The notes: generated by a model not told the origin, from the sequence alone. A DNA stretch of 64,000 bases from Somniosus microcephalus (GCA_052327205.1 CM126202.1:400086001-400150000), one strand, 5' to 3'. Counted from the first letter of the stretch, positions 1 through 18,355 are shown. Numbers and translations: made by a program.

Positions 1-193
1 AAGGTGCTCTTGACTCCGATCCGCTAACTCAAGAGACCAGGGATAAAACCTGGGACATCTTGTGCAGCTCAGCTATTCACTGCCAAAATCCTCATTGGTT
101 GTCCTACTGACCTAAATGCTTGTCTATCCTAGTCACATAATTAGAATTCTGGAAGACTTGACTGGGAAGAATAATTAAGTGTTCTTTGTAACT

Positions 194-622
194 AGTGGCA
201 CTCTCGCCTCTGAGTCAGAAGGTTGTAGGTTCAAGTCCCACTCCAGGTACTTGAGCACAAAAATCTAGGCTGACCCTCCAGTGTAGTGCTGAGGGAGTGC
301 TGCACTGTTGGAGGTGCTATCTTGCGGATGAGACATTAAACCGAGGCCCCGTCTGCTCTCTCAGGTGGACATAAAAGATTCCATCGCACTATTTCAAAGA
401 AGAGCAGGGGAGTTATCCCCGGTGTCCTGGCCAATATTTTATCCCTCAATCAACCTAACAAAAACAGATTATCTGGTCATTATGACATTGCTGTTTGTGG
501 GACCTTGCTGTGCGCAAGTTGGCTGCCATGTTTCCTACGTTATGACGGTGACTACACTGTAAAGCGCTTTGAGACATCCGGTGGTCGTGAAATGTGCTAT
601 ATAAATGCAGGTCTGTCTTTCT
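194..622 (+). mobile_element. tRNA-derived DeuSINE (SacSINE1/AmnSINE1-like Deu domain)
   Basis: B-box ggttcaagtccc; Deu-domain text ggatgagacattaaaccgaggccccgtctg...cagattatctggtcatt; L2-like tail gctatataaatgca. Confidence 0.8.
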
Positions 623-1059
623 TAGATGCAGCTACACATTTCCCCATAACGTATGAGAGTATTTTAAAGTGGATTGGGAAAGTCATAATCACATTAATTT
701 TGGGGGGCTGGGGCACTCAACACATTCTTTGTGCAAGAACAATCTTTAGTTTATTAGCATGTCAGGTAAACATGGTCAGATGCAGATTGAAGGTATGCCT
801 AAATCTAAGAAGAGCATTCAATATGACAACACTGGTATTTATATTTCCCAAACCACCAGTGGCCTTTCTGAGCAAAGTTGTCAGTTTAGTATAGTTTTGT
901 GCTGTGTGTTCCCCCTGCCCATTAAGAACTATGTTGTGATTGCTCAAGTTCTTCACACAGACAATAGACTTTTGTCCCTTGAGCTAGAACTGGATTTGAA
1001 CCCAGGGTCCAGAGATGAAAGACCAGGGTGCTAACCCAACATATAGGCACTTATATAAA

Positions 1060-3300
1060 GAAATAAAAAGGACAGACAGGAAAATACTAACTGGTCCACC
1101 GAGCCTGTCCCATACTGTCATGGTACAATTAAATATAATGAATTAACACCCCTCCCACCTACCAGCAGTGACATAATCTCCTGAGAGCAGCAAAGAAAAA
1201 ATTTAAGAAAATCCTAGGCCAATTCAGAGAGGTGAAATCTGGGAAATTTCTCAACACCCCCAAAGGCGATCAGAAGGTGTTCCAGGAGACCACGGTGACT
1301 GAGTCACATTGTTGAATACCCCGCCTACCGTTTCCAGGACATGACATTAGCCGCAGCCAGGAACCCAACCCTTTTAAACAGTTGCAGCGAATCTGCATTT
1401 ACTGCGCAAGCCAGCAATTTGTCATTTGAAAAGGGGAAAAAAAACTTCCTGATATTTAACCTCGTTCTAATCTTATGTAACTTGTATGCATGTCACCAGT
1501 TCTCCCTAACCTATCTTATTCAAATAGTTTTATCCATATGGACACAGTCTAATCCCTTCATTATTTTGAAGACCTCTATCAAATCTCCTCAAAGTCTGCA
1601 CTTTTCTAGAGCAAAAGGACTTATTCCCGGGCTAATCAGAGTAGCTAAGGGCTTTTAAACTAGGTAATCAATCGTGGCTCTCGTCTAAACTTTTTTTCCT
1701 GTGCCTCTATATCATCCACCATGTGAGGGGACCAAACTGGACACCATATTCCAGGTGAGGCCTAACTGGTCTTATACAAGGGCATTATAGTGTTTCTTTT
1801 GTATTGGATTGTCTGAGCAACGCATCCTAATTATTTAATTTTACTGTATCCTTGAGGAACTGGTGGTGAGCCTTAAGATATTGAAGTAATATAACACCTA
1901 GGCCTCTGTACCACTTACATTTATCTATATTAAATGACACCTGCCAGATGCAGGCTCATTACCCCATTGATTCTAGCTCTGATTGTAGTTGTTTCTCTCA
2001 TCCAAGTTTCTAACACTTATAAATGTGTCAATCGCAAAATTACGGACAGTTTTCCCAACGATCCTATCACTGATTCCTATGGGACCTTACGAGTAACCGG
2101 CCTCCGCATCCTACCACTACTGTTAATAACAACCTCCTGCCTATAAGAGTAAAATCTTATCCAACCAAGATTTGCCCTTCAATGCCCCAGGGCTATGTCC
2201 TATAAAGTAGCCTATGGTGTGGCATCTTGTGAAAGGCTTTTTGAAAAGCCAAGTAGACAATGTCAACCTATAATTCAGACGAAAAGTCATCGACCTGAAA
2301 TGTTTGTTTCTCTCTCTACAGATGCTGCCTGACCTGCTGAGTATGTCCAGCATTTTTTGTTTTTATTTCAACCTACAATTTACCGGCTTTGACTTGTTGC
2401 CCTTTTTTAATATTGGCGCAACATGAGCCTCTCTCCAGTCCACAGGAACAATCTTTGACACAAGCGAGCGGTTAAATATATAAGCAAATGGCTAATTGAG
2501 CACAGGCCCCCATTTTTGAATATTCTTGGTTAAATTCTGACAAGACCAGCAGCCCGATTTATTTTGAGACCCCTTATTCGCTCCAGGATTATATCTGTGT
2601 CCACTTTGACACTTGCAGCTTTAGAGTAAACTGAACATTGTATTAATGGTACTGTAATTGAGCATGGTCTACTGGAGTGAAGATTGATTCGATGTAGCCA
2701 TGTAAAACCTCTGTCATATCCTGGGGGTTCACCTGAAACTGCCCTGAGGATTCCTTCAACAGCCCACGGAGTCCTCAATCGCCCTCTGACTCCTAACCTA
2801 ACTAAAAAAGATTTTACTATTGTTACTGCTGTTATCCACTATCTACTTCTGCAATTACCTTTTGGCTGCTTTGATGGCATTTTCTATTGCCTTTAGCTGA
2901 GCCTGATGGCTATCCCTACTCTCCTTTTAGTCTGTAAAAACATTTTTGCTTAAGTCTGATTTGTCCTTGCACATGACCAGTTATTTTGTTTTACCAGGTG
3001 TGCCCTTTTCACTCCAGGGACAAATTTCCTTTTGTTTCTCTTCTGTTTAGTAATATCCCCACCTAGAAGGGTTGCTTGCCCCTTTGACCCAATTCAAGTC
3101 CTCTGCCATCTTTGCAAATCTAGCCCTCTTGAAAATTCCAGAACTAACATAAAATTCTCAGCAACTTTTGTTTGTATTCTCAGGAAATGCCATCTAGAAC
3201 GTTCATTCAACCATTAATTATGAAATGAGAAACGGCCTTTTGTATCGAACTTAACAAGTTACCCATTTAACAAACCCTCAACTATAGAGTACAGAATAAA
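1060..3300 (-). mobile_element. Old, degraded CR1 LINE fragments
   Basis: Reverse-strand RT/3'UTR remnants (accatattccaggtgaggcct; ctctccagtccacaggaaca); boundaries approximate. Confidence 0.55.
2272..2370 (+). mobile_element. Solo Penelope terminal-repeat fragment with degenerate hammerhead core
   Basis: Reverse complement of the 20120-20220 terminus; core reads CAGACGA...GAAA. Confidence 0.7.
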
Positions 3301-4834
3301 TTGGCTGAATTGCGTGTAGTATTACTCTCTCTGGTAATTACCACTAGCATAAAATGGGCAATTGCCCATTTACACCATTATCTGTGAGTGGTATTAACAT
3401 GCAATTTGGCATTGTTGTCAAAGCTGGATCTTGTTCAGAAGCTGTGTTCAGAATCAGACAACAGGAGAGTGGAATGATTGTGGAAAATGAGTTGACATTT
3501 AGATATCATAGTTCTGGGACAGTTGAATTGAGTGACCTTGACTGACAAAGAATGCTAACACTAACCATAATAAAGGTGTGTTTATAGTGCAACTTTACTG
3601 TTGCTGCAAAGTGGAACCAATGCTAAAATTGCAGTATAACTTTGGAGTCTGGTTCTGCAATGAAGTGGTGCTAGATCTCCCTGAAGAAGGCAGTTTACAT
3701 TGCATGGAGTACAATTCCAGTGCCATCTCAATCCTGGCTTAAAACTGCAGGGCGCACTCCTTAAATTAGGCCGAGTTCATGTAAATACCTAGAGCATAAA
3801 GGCGCTTCCAGCTACACTCCAAAACATTTAAATTTTAACCAGATGGACTGGAACTCTGTCTATGCCTGTAATTGTGCATGTGTTGAGCTTTCTCGGCAGG
3901 ATTGCAAAGAAGCCAGGCAGTATAAATTAGGTACTGCCTGCATGGAATTGCTACTGGTTTCAAACTGGCAGCTGCCTTTTAAACACACCCTAAAACGTTA
4001 TTTTTTCAGCCATGTTAACTTAAAAGAAGGTTCCTTTGTGTTTTTCTTCTAGATGTGTCGGGTGCAGCCCATTATATATGTACAGTCTGTATGGCTTAGT
4101 ACTATAACAGGTACTCTTAACCTTTCAACCAGCAGAATAATCCATATACCATTTGCACTGTTATGGACTCTATTTGATCTGAGGCAGGTGAACAGCAAGT
4201 AACACGAGATTTTTTTCCCTGACTGATATCTGAGTACAGTATGAGGAACTCAGTCTAACAACTAGTTGAATCACACAGATGGTCGTCCATTTGGTCTTCA
4301 CAGAACTGGAAATTCTACAGTATATATACAATGAATCTTTTTCTTAGTTGACCAGCTCTTTAAACAGTTTAGATAGCTTTATAAATTTTTGGTGGGGGTT
4401 TATTCAACGTAAAATTTAACATTCCAGGAAAAAGATTAGTTTCCTTCATGTATCTATTCTCACTTGAGGTTTGCTAGATTTCTAATTGTCTTCTAGTTCT
4501 GTGCGTACAGTTCAAACCTCTTCAAGGCCACTAATTTGCGGTTTTTGCTTCGCGGTTTTCACATAGAAACAAACTGATTACAATTCCCAAAACGCTGACA
4601 AATCAAGTAATCCCATGAAATAAAACAGAAGCCAACTTTTTCTGTTACAATAAAACTATTCTTCATATACATGTTAGCCGTGAATGACTTCTCTATCTTA
4701 GGATTCCAAATGTCACTATAACTGTTTATGAAAAGACTGGGTGGTGTAGTGAGTTTAGATACTTGCCTTTCAGCTTTGGAACTGGATTTGAATTCCGCCC
4801 ACACTGCTGAGATGTTAATTTTTAATAGCATCTC

Positions 4835-5132
4835 ACTCTTCTCTTAGGAAATAGTGTGACGTAGTGGAAGGATTCATAGGTATAAATGTTCCTTCCACGG
4901 CCATAACCATCTTTATACCAGCAGATAGGGCAGTGGGTCCTGATCTGTGGGAGGGTTTTATGGGCTCCCACAACCCATATAAGGAGGGGGTCACCTGCAC
5001 CCACGTCCACAGGATGTGAGTATCCCCACTAGATGTCCACCCAGAACTTAGAGCCAGATTTCAACTCGCTGGAACTGTCTGGAGTGGGGTTCGGACCTTG
5101 CACCTTCTGACTCGGGGGCAGGAATACTACTA
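4835..5132 (-). mobile_element. Older copy of the tRNA-SINE family at 28.3-29.3 kb
   Basis: Shares ccataaccatctttataccagc, gggctcccacaacccat, gatgtccacccagaa and actgtctggag with those copies. Confidence 0.7.
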
Positions 5133-5417
5133 AACCAAAGATTTCTCCTTCGATTGATAGGGTACAGCAACTCTTGTCAGAAGGGACTTGCGTTAAATGA
5201 ATTTGGCCAGTCTCAACCTAGTTCACTGCGGCATGGACCAACAACACAGATTGCCCCAATTTAACACTGGTTTGGCAAACTCACTCAGCCTGTAAAGATA
5301 TTCCAGATCTCGTGGATACCTCATTGTCCATGATGTGAGGTGTGCATTGCCGTACAAAGCTTGCTGGGTGGTTATGAGGAGAATGTTATTTCCAAGACAC
5401 TGTTAGATGTTGGTAAT

Positions 5418-6080
5418 TTATGTGCAACCTTGGTGTCGTATTTGACCCTGAGATGAGCTTCCAACCACATATACGCACCATCACCAAGATTGCCTACTTC
5501 CACCTCCGTAGCATGGCCCGACTCCGCCCCTGCCTCAGCACATCTGCTGCTAAAACCCTCCTCCGTGCCTTTGCTACCTCTAGACTTGACTATTCCAATG
5601 CTCTCCTGGCCGGCCTCCCATCTTCGACCCTCCATAAACTTGAGCTAATCTAAAACTCTGCTGCCCATATCCTAACTCGCACCAAGCCCTGTTCACCCAT
5701 CACCCCTGTGCTCGCTGACCTTCATTGGCCCCTGGTCTGGCAATGGTTCAATTAAAAAAAATTCTCATCCTTGTTGTATGGTCTCACCCCTCCCTATCTC
5801 TAACCTCCTCCTGCCCTACAACCCTCTGAGATCTCTGGGCTCCTCTAGTCTGGCATCTTGCGCATCCCCGATTTTTATCGCTCTACCATTGGCGTCCATG
5901 CTGTCAGCTGCCTAGGCCCTAAGCTCTGGAATTCCCTCCTTAAACCTCACTACCTCTCTTCCTTAAAACCTACTGCTTAGATCAAGCTTTTGGTCATCTA
6001 TCCAATATCATCTTAAGTGGCTTGTGTCAAATTTTGTTTGATAACCGTCCTGTTAAAGGCATTCTATAAATCCATGTTGT
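5418..6080 (+). mobile_element. L2 LINE 3' fragment
   Basis: NLGVVFDPEMSFQPHI...TSRLDYSNALLAGLP L2 RT C-terminus; ends about 100 nt before exon 2. Confidence 0.85.
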
Positions 6081-6122
6081 TAATCCCACAGGTGCATTGC
6101 CAAGAGACTGTTGACATGGTGA

Positions 6123-6338
<216 letters not shown>

Positions 6339-6427
6339 TAATGAGCAGAATGTATATCCACTTTATACGCCTCTTCAATTGGGAATGCAACAAACTCCCT
6401 TTTAAAATATTTAGTTGTATCATTGTA

Positions 6428-6824
6428 TCATCCACCACCTTAAACATTCACTCCCTCCACAACCGGCGTACTGTGGCTGCAGTGTGTGCCATCTACAAGA
6501 TGCACTGCAGCAACTCGCCAAGGCTTTTTCAGCAGCACCTCCCACCTAGAAGGACAAGGGCAGCAGGCGCATGGGAACACCACCACCTCCAAGTTCCCCT
6601 CCAAGTCACACACCATCCTGACTTGGAAGTATATCACCGATCCTTCATCGTCGCTGGGTCAAAATCCTGGAACTCCCTCCCTAACAGCATTGTGGGAGTA
6701 CCTTCACCACACAGACTGCAGCGGTTCAAGAAGGCGGCTCACCACCACCTTCTCGAGGGCAATTAGGGATGGGCAATAAATGCTGACCTTGCCAGCGACG
6801 CCCACATCCCATAAACAAAAAAAA
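6428..6824 (+). mobile_element. 3' end of CR1-group LINE (same family as 36.9-38.95 kb)
   Basis: TTLNIHSLHNRRTVAAVCAIYKMHCSNSPRL, nearly identical to 38540-38950; A-rich tail. Confidence 0.8.
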
Positions 6825-6965
6825 ATTGTGATGATGTAGTCAAAATGAGCATAGATATTTTAATAACCAGCTTTCAGAATAAACAGACTTTATTTTTGTT
6901 TGTTCCTGGGATGTGGGCGTCGCTGCATTTGACTTTAAGAGGAAGAAGAAAAAATCAATGTTTAA

Positions 6966-7268
<303 letters not shown>

Positions 7269-8753
7269 TAGCAGGCATTTTTGGTCGTACTGTAAAACCC
7301 CAGTTTCCAGGTGTAAAGATATTTGGTTAACCACTTCCATTCCAATTTATCATGTAAATTTAGTAACCTGCAACGCCACCTTGCATGGCTTTCATTTTGT
7401 TTTCTGAATGAAATTCTGTTACTGTCAATTTATTATTCTACTTTAAACATACTTATTTTCAGTCTTTTTGATGCAACCTTGTGCTGGAAATGGCTTCAGT
7501 TGGTGAACACAGCATTGGTAAACTTCCCACTTCATGCCCATCTAGGACTACTCTACCTATAGTACAGTTTCTGACAGGATTATCTAGCGCTGAGTGGGGA
7601 AAAATCCCAACCGCTAGTCCATCCTTTCAGATCCCATTAACGAGCTAAGCTGCCCAGTCAGTCATCAACAATGCTCCAGAGCACCTGCTTTGCGCTGGTA
7701 TCATTTTCAAGTCTGCCATGGAGGCTTGGCTCAGTTTCAATCTTCCAGCAGCAAGAGTGTCATTTTGAAGCAAACTTGACCCCATAACGATCCGATTTAT
7801 CTTTTCCCTATCCTCCTGGTTAGTGAATGGGGAAATTCGCTACCAAGGAGGTGGCAAGTGCAGGTTTGAGCCTTCACTAGAGAAACAGAAGATGCAAGGC
7901 ACCTCCAGATCTGCATGATGAACAGTACAATTTGCTGTAAATTGTGTGAGTGCCTTCATGCCCCAAACCAAAGCACAGAAACACCTATTGCCGTGTTGAA
8001 TAATGATTCCACTAGTTGGAAATGTGGGACCTCCACAGCAACAGTTCGCTCTCTCAAGGTAATCTAGTATCCATCCTTCTAGTGAAGGTTCAAACCTGTA
8101 CTTGTTTTCCTGTTTGGCAGGTAAGGGGAAATAAGAGAAGTTAAACAGGGTCTTTCTGTTGTGGAGTTGGCTCCAAGATGACATGCCTAATCCAGTCATG
8201 GTAGACACTAAATCCTGGTTATATGAGAATGTATTCCAAAACGGCCTCCACGTACTTCTTTTCCAACAGTTGTTGTCCCAAGCAAAGGATATGTGTTTTC
8301 GGCATAGTGAAAAGAGCATGCAATACGCCAGCCACCTTGAGGCACGAAAGCAGGATAGCAACAAGGCTAGTTTCAATGTCAAAAGAGATACGTGGAACAA
8401 GTTAAATAGCTATGGCCTTCCATCCATGAAAAGGCATCTGAGGGCATTTTTTTTTGTGAAATATTTAGGATAGAGGACGTAACTTGGAATAATACTTTCA
8501 GATAAGCCACAGCAGCAGGGGACAGGACACATGATCAGGGTTGTGAATGACCAATTTAAGAAGCAGGAAAAAAAAATTATATAGAAGGTGATGAACAGAT
8601 GGCTTGCCAGGAAGAATGGTTGAGCGTGCACGTTTTGGCAGCAAATTGGTTGAATGAGCAGAGAAAAATTGGAGATGTAATTAACGGTATCTAATTCAAT
8701 TGAGTCATAGTAAGATTTTTTTATTATATTCATAATGAAAACTAGTTAGCTGA

Positions 8754-12117
<3,364 letters not shown>

Positions 12118-12234
12118 GCTTGTTACCTGAAAGCGATTGAAACTCAGCCCAACTTCGCTGTTGCCTGGAGCAACCTCGGGTGTGTGTTTAATGCCCAGGG
12201 AGAGATCTGGCTAGCTATCCACCACTTTGAAAAG
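12118..12234 (+). CDS. OGT: OGT exon 5 ([39 protein letters not shown])
   Basis: weak attaag|GCT acceptor, AAG|gtaagt donor; hand translation. Confidence 0.97.
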
Positions 12235-13279
12235 GTAAGTGATCAGCATGCTTAAGTATTCCCTCCATGCAGATATGTGATGGGTAACGGGTGCAGTTTT
12301 CTCACACAAAAAGCTGTGAGCTTTTGTTTACATTCAGTGACAGTTTTTGATCTCCTGAAAGATAAGGACGGGTGAGTCGGCCATTTTGGCCATCTAGCTT
12401 AACCTTCTGTAGAAACCTACCACTATATCGCAATATCCAGCTGTGTCTTGAATGATTTGAGTTTTTTGTTTATCATTTCCCAGAAGACTATTCTGGGTAC
12501 TAATTACTCTTTTTGCTTGCAAAAGTGCTTCTTTGCACCAATCTCGAACTTGCCTAATTACAGTAATGTTGAAAATAAAGAAAAGTATTGATTTTGAGCT
12601 AAATGTACTTTTCTTGTCCAGTTCGCCTTCTCTTTGCTATATCCATTTAGTAGACAAATGGTCTATCTTGCCTGAGGGTGACTTTATCTAACATTTTCTA
12701 TCCTCCTTTGGGGAAGCATCTGGCCTGCTCACTGGTTGAGTTAAAGTTCGGAGCGCGGCAGAATGGACTGCACCACCCGACTTATTTTATAGGAATTGTT
12801 TGTGTTTTAGGAGAGTTTGCAGGTCATAATGTGTTACGTATTGTAGATGGTATGAGGGGTGGGATTTGGAAGCCTGAGTAAATTCACAATGTTTACTATG
12901 CAATAGAGATGTAATTGCTGGTACATGATGGTATTTTTATATCCAGTGTAAGCTGTGACTTTTGTTCATGCATCGGTCCTGTCACATCAGTAAGTCAAAA
13001 AAAATGCATCATTGCTACAGAATAGGTAGGCAATGATATGGCACTGAAAGTTCCTGATCCAAACCATGGTAGCAGGTTTCCAGCTCTCCACGGTTTATCA
13101 GTGGTGTGGTATAGTATTGAAAATACTCAGAAACCTTCTTAATTTTTAAAAATTAATTTACTGTCTGACTTCTCAATATTGGGTCCTTATTAAAGATTGC
13201 GGTAGTAGGGCCTTCTATGCATCAGATCATTACGTGAAACTTGTATTTGGCTACCTTTGGACCAGCTTTCTATTGAGTA

Positions 13280-13648
13280 TGGTAGTGTAGTGATTGTGGT
13301 ACTGGAGCAGCAGTCCAGAGGTTGTGATGTCAAGTCTCACCGTGAAAAGTTGTGAAATTGAATTCAATAAATCTGGTCATTTGTGAGTATGTAGCAGAAA
13401 ACATGACTGAAATCTGCCAGATTATCATAAAACCTACTTGGTTCACTAATGTCCTTCAAGGGAGGGAACCTGTCACCATGACCTAATCTGGCTCCTGGAC
13501 AGTGCTCCATCCCCACAAAGTGGCTTACTCAATACCCAATGAAGTGGCATAACCAGTCACTCGATTGCACGAACAATCATTACAGGTAGGTCCACCACCT
13601 CAAAGAAACTAGGGATAAGCAGTGTTGCCTACATGTCAAGAACAAACA
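13280..13648 (+). mobile_element. Degenerate tRNA-headed SINE related to the ends of the element at 36897
   Basis: Shares gaattcaataaatctgg and ggttcactaatgtccttc-agggagggaa body; caccacct..agggat tail remnant. Confidence 0.6.
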
Positions 13649-14842
13649 GTTGCAGTGAGGATTATTGCATCTTGGTAGATTGCTCGTGTGTAGTAACTGG
13701 CTGTTTTGGTGTTCACTTTCAGATGTTTGCTTGTTAGTCTAGCCCTACTCTGTAACCAGTTTCCCCAGTTGTTTTTGATACGAGCCACCCCCTTCTCGTT
13801 CCCTCCCCTCCTGTCTCCCCAAAGTGCAAAAAATGAATTCGAAAGTATGAATTTTTTTTTTAGGAGTTTGTGCTGCTGGATTAGTTTTGTTAAATGCTGA
13901 AGGGTCCAATTTTAGTATACTAGAGCTCTGAAAAAGATGCAGTTACCATTCATCTTGAGATCTGTTGAAAATGTTTCTCTTAAATGTTAGCATGTCCTTT
14001 CCCAAGGATACTCACTGATGCGGTGTGTCAGCAGGTTATTTGACCATAGGAGGAAATTAACAACTGAGCCTAATCTTGTCCTTGTCTGATCTTCTTTAAA
14101 TATGTAAACTTTCTAGGAGATTGGGTTGGTATCATTTGGGAGTCTGATCCCTGGCTGTTCAATCTTCAGTTGTCCTGCACTAAGTCCTGTTTGCCCTTGC
14201 CCATTGCTCGCTGACGTACATCAGCCTCTCGACCCCAATACATCAAGTTTCAAATCCTTGCCTTTAAATCCCTCCATGGCCTCACCTACCTATCTCTACA
14301 ATCTTTTTCTCTCCTATATTTCTTTGACATCCCCAGAACCTTCCATTCTGTGACTGTGTCTTGTGTGCTCCTCCCTCTTTTTATCCCACTGTTTGGCAGT
14401 AGAGACTTTGGTCGTCTAGGTCCTATTTTTTGGAATTCATTCCAAGCTCCCTGTGCCTGCCTCTTAAAACAATTTAAAACCCATCTCTAAGCTTTTGCTT
14501 GCCCATTCTAATCTCCCCTTTCCCAGATCAGTGTCCGTATTCCATATGTGTCTGAAACACCATGACATTTTTAATGTTAAAAATGCTATATGTGTCTTTG
14601 TTTTTCTTCCTTCTTTCCTCCCCCCCCCCCCCCCCCAATGTTTGTGGTACTGAAACCAGTTGTAGGTTCCCTACCAGTACCTTCAGTGAGATAAACTAAC
14701 ACCACGTAGATCAGGGAATGATCTTGGGGCTTCCTCAGTTTGTGTGGCTCAGTACTACACCAGGCTGACCCATTGGGTGTTTTTACCATCTTTTAGATAC
14801 TATAATTAATCAACATTGAATGCAGTAAGGCTCAGATTAAGG

Positions 14843-15431
14843 ATGTCTTATTACAGTTATACAGGGCCTTGGTGAGACCACACCTGGAGTAGTGTGTGCA
14901 GTTTTGGTCTCCTTACCTAAGAAAGGATATACTTGCCATAGAAGGAGTGCAGCAAAGGTTCACCAGACTGATTCCTGGGATGGCAGGACTGTCTTATGAG
15001 GAGATTGGGTCGACTAGGCCTGTATTCACTCGAGTTTAGAAGAATGAGAGGGGATCTCATTGAAACGTATAAAATTCTGACAGGGCTAGACAGACTGGAT
15101 GCAGGGATGATGTTTCCCCTGGCTGGGGGGTCTAGAACGAGGGGTCACAGTCTCCGGATACGGGGTAGGACATTTAGGACTGAGATGAGGAGAAATTTCT
15201 TCACTCAGGGTGGTGAACTTGTAGAATTGTCTACCACAGAAGGCTGTGGAGGCCAAGTCACTGAATATATTTCAGAAGGAGATAGATAGATTTGTAGACA
15301 CAAAAGGCATCAAGGGGTATGGGGAGAGAGCAGGAATATGGTATTGAGAGAGAGGATCAGCCATGATCATATTGAATGGCGGGGCAGGCTCGAAGGGCCG
15401 AATGGCCTACTCCTGCTATTTTTCTATGTTA
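14843..15431 (+). mobile_element. CR1 LINE 3' fragment
   Basis: LGLYSLEFRRMRGDLIETYKIL; terminal ggcctactcctgct..ttctatg. Confidence 0.9.
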
Positions 15432-15984
15432 TCATGCGGGATAGTGATTGTAAGAGTGGATAACTAAGTAAGGGTTTGGTGTGTCTTGCTTGGATGTAGG
15501 GAAATCGAAGGGTATTCCCATGAGCCACGTATTTGTTCATGAGTTGTTCAAAGTAACTTTGCTGTTGCACCCCTGCCCAGTAAGTATTGCAGAAGGTTTT
15601 GTTTGTTAATTGGTATTGCTACTGAAATTTTGTCAGATTTTGTGTTTCTTCACGGTCCAGTGCATGTCCCAGGATAAATTCACACCCATCCAAAGCCTAT
15701 AGATAAGACTGGAGGGGCAGATTTAAAAAAAAAAAGGGACTATTATTTGAATTTTTATTGAACATTTTAAAGTGGAATTCAGTTATTGAAAAATGTGATG
15801 TCATTGTTGTACAGTTCCTCGTGCTCTACCTAAACCCAGTGTATATCAGAATTTTTTAGTTTGTTTCTTCCCAGTAGTTCAGTTTTCCAAAGCAGTAATG
15901 GTATCAGCATTCTAATATTTTGTCTTAAGATATGTAGGAATGCAACATATTTATTCATTGGACTTTATGATGAATTATAACTGA

Positions 15985-16077
<93 letters not shown>

Positions 16078-18355
16078 TAAGCAAAAAAGTATAAATTTAA
16101 AAAAAAAATGTTTTAACCTGAAGGTTATGGCAGCCTACCAGTACATTCCCTAAGTGGCTATTCACAGTATTGTGCTATCATGCTATACAACTGTGGACAC
16201 ATCGCAACTGACCCTATTAGGGCTTGACAATGTAATTGTTGATGTGTTCCTCCTCTTCCCCTCCACCAATTTTCTTTTTCCTTTTCCCCCCCCTTCCCTT
16301 CCTTTCCCCGCTTTTCTCCTCTGAAGGGTGGGTCACAACATTCTGTCTCAAAATGCCCTGAAATCCCGTCAACAGCCATTATTGTATTTTTACAGTAGAT
16401 TTACCTAAAATACATGTTAGCTTCTGTAGATAGTGCTGTGATGGGGGAGGGGTTTAGCTACCGTTATTTAAAGCCTATCCAGTAACATGATAGCTGCTAC
16501 AGTATATTGAAAGCTTCAGTCTGCATGCAATTCCATGCACTGGCCACCAGCTGGCCCTGCACTAATGCAACTCCAATATTGGCATGGATTTTCTTACTTT
16601 CTTTGGAATGGTAAGTATTAATAATAATGTACTTTAAAATATTGAGATATAAAAATGTAATGAATATTATATCTAGACTCATTGTCTTAATCTTTTCAGT
16701 CTGCCTATTAACTGCTTGTACAACGCTGCTCATTCTGGCCTAAATCTCCAGTCTACTGATCATCAACTGAGCGGCAGGATAGTAATTACAGTACATCTTC
16801 TTGCTTCCCCTCCTTCCTTCCCACCCCCTTCCTCGCGATTGCCTTCCATTTTTTGTTTCTACCTGCACTTTTAGAATGACTGCCTCAGGAGTGGGACAGA
16901 GATTAGAGGGGCGAGAAAAGCTGAAGAAGAAATTGATAGAAGCGAGGAGGAGGTAGACAAACAAGCAGGAGAGAGGGAGGAAGCCAAGGGAAGGAAAAAT
17001 GGAGGAGGGAGAATGAATGACAAAATGTGTCAAGATATAAAAAAAACTATGAACAATGAATTATTGTGTACATAATCTCTTGGACAAGCCTACACACATA
17101 GCTCTGATAAAAACTTGTATCTAGCACACATTTTGTCACACATTTTGCCATCATACTTTGTTGATTCGCTCGAAGCAAAATGGCATCAAATCAGAACTGA
17201 AAAGGTAGAAAATGTACAAATCAAATGTGAGTTACGTGGCTAGAAAACTGCCAATACGAACTTAATAACTAATGGAAACAAAAAGTCAATTGACCAGTCA
17301 GATAAGCAAAAAAAATTAACCAGCTGAATCAGTCAAAACAGTTGTATGAAACCATTTTTGTCCTTTTGATAACTTAAATTTATGATGTTTTAAACAAAAT
17401 AAAAACATGAAAATATTAAAATATTTTAACAATAACCTAATTAATTTTAAACTTGCAATTGTCAAAATTTATTCTTTTAATAGCTCTATTCATTAAAATT
17501 TTTATTTGAAGGTCTTTGACTAGATAAGTCCCCACACCCAGCTCCAAATTCAGTTTTTTTTTAAAATTCTGAGACACAGGAAACCATATCTAGGGCTTAA
17601 AAATAAATTTGTTATACAAAAACTTGGAAACTGCATATTTTGAGCATTTGGTGAGGTCATTTTTATTAATCAAAATTTACGTTTAATAAAGATTGCATAG
17701 GTTGCCAAAATCATTAATAGTGCATGAAGTGCTTTAAGACAGGAGGGGACTGACGAGAGTAAACAATGTTGGGGCGTCTGACATCCCAGAAAGGGCTGTG
17801 GAGGGGTTATGGAAGAGTCTGATGGGCGAAAGTGCAATGGGGGTTTACTTGCTGCTGTAAAATAGGGTTCAAGAGCAGTTTGGGTCGCCTTCTGCTGGAA
17901 TCCCTATGTTCATAAACCTTCCAGTGCTCCCAGATCCAGGGTCCCTCTCCCAATGATCCTAGATGCCAGTATCTGCCCTAGTACTCCTGGAATCATTGTC
18001 CACAGTGCTTCTGGAACCTGGGACAGCATCAAAATATTGCAAGACCCTGGGATGCTAATGCAGTACTGCTACATCCTGCACCCCTGCCTCCGCCTTCCTA
18101 GTGATTCCAAAGGTCCCCCCCAGGGGTGAAAATACTACTTACTTACATAGCACAACTGTACTTATGAAACTGGATCAGCAACACCATGGCTCAGTAGGTT
18201 GTGTGCCTATATTAAAGTTGCATTTATATAGTGCCATATATCTTCAGGATGTCCCAAAGCATTTTATAACCAAATGGAGTGATTATGTATATTCTCCCCG
18301 CTCTCATTCATGAGTACCCTGTGCTTAGTGCTTCCCTTCTATCCGGGACTTCATT

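Noticed and set aside
7840-8473. ORFs of 186 aa (-) and 104 aa (+) in intron 3
   Set aside because: No recognisable domain; lengths compatible with chance
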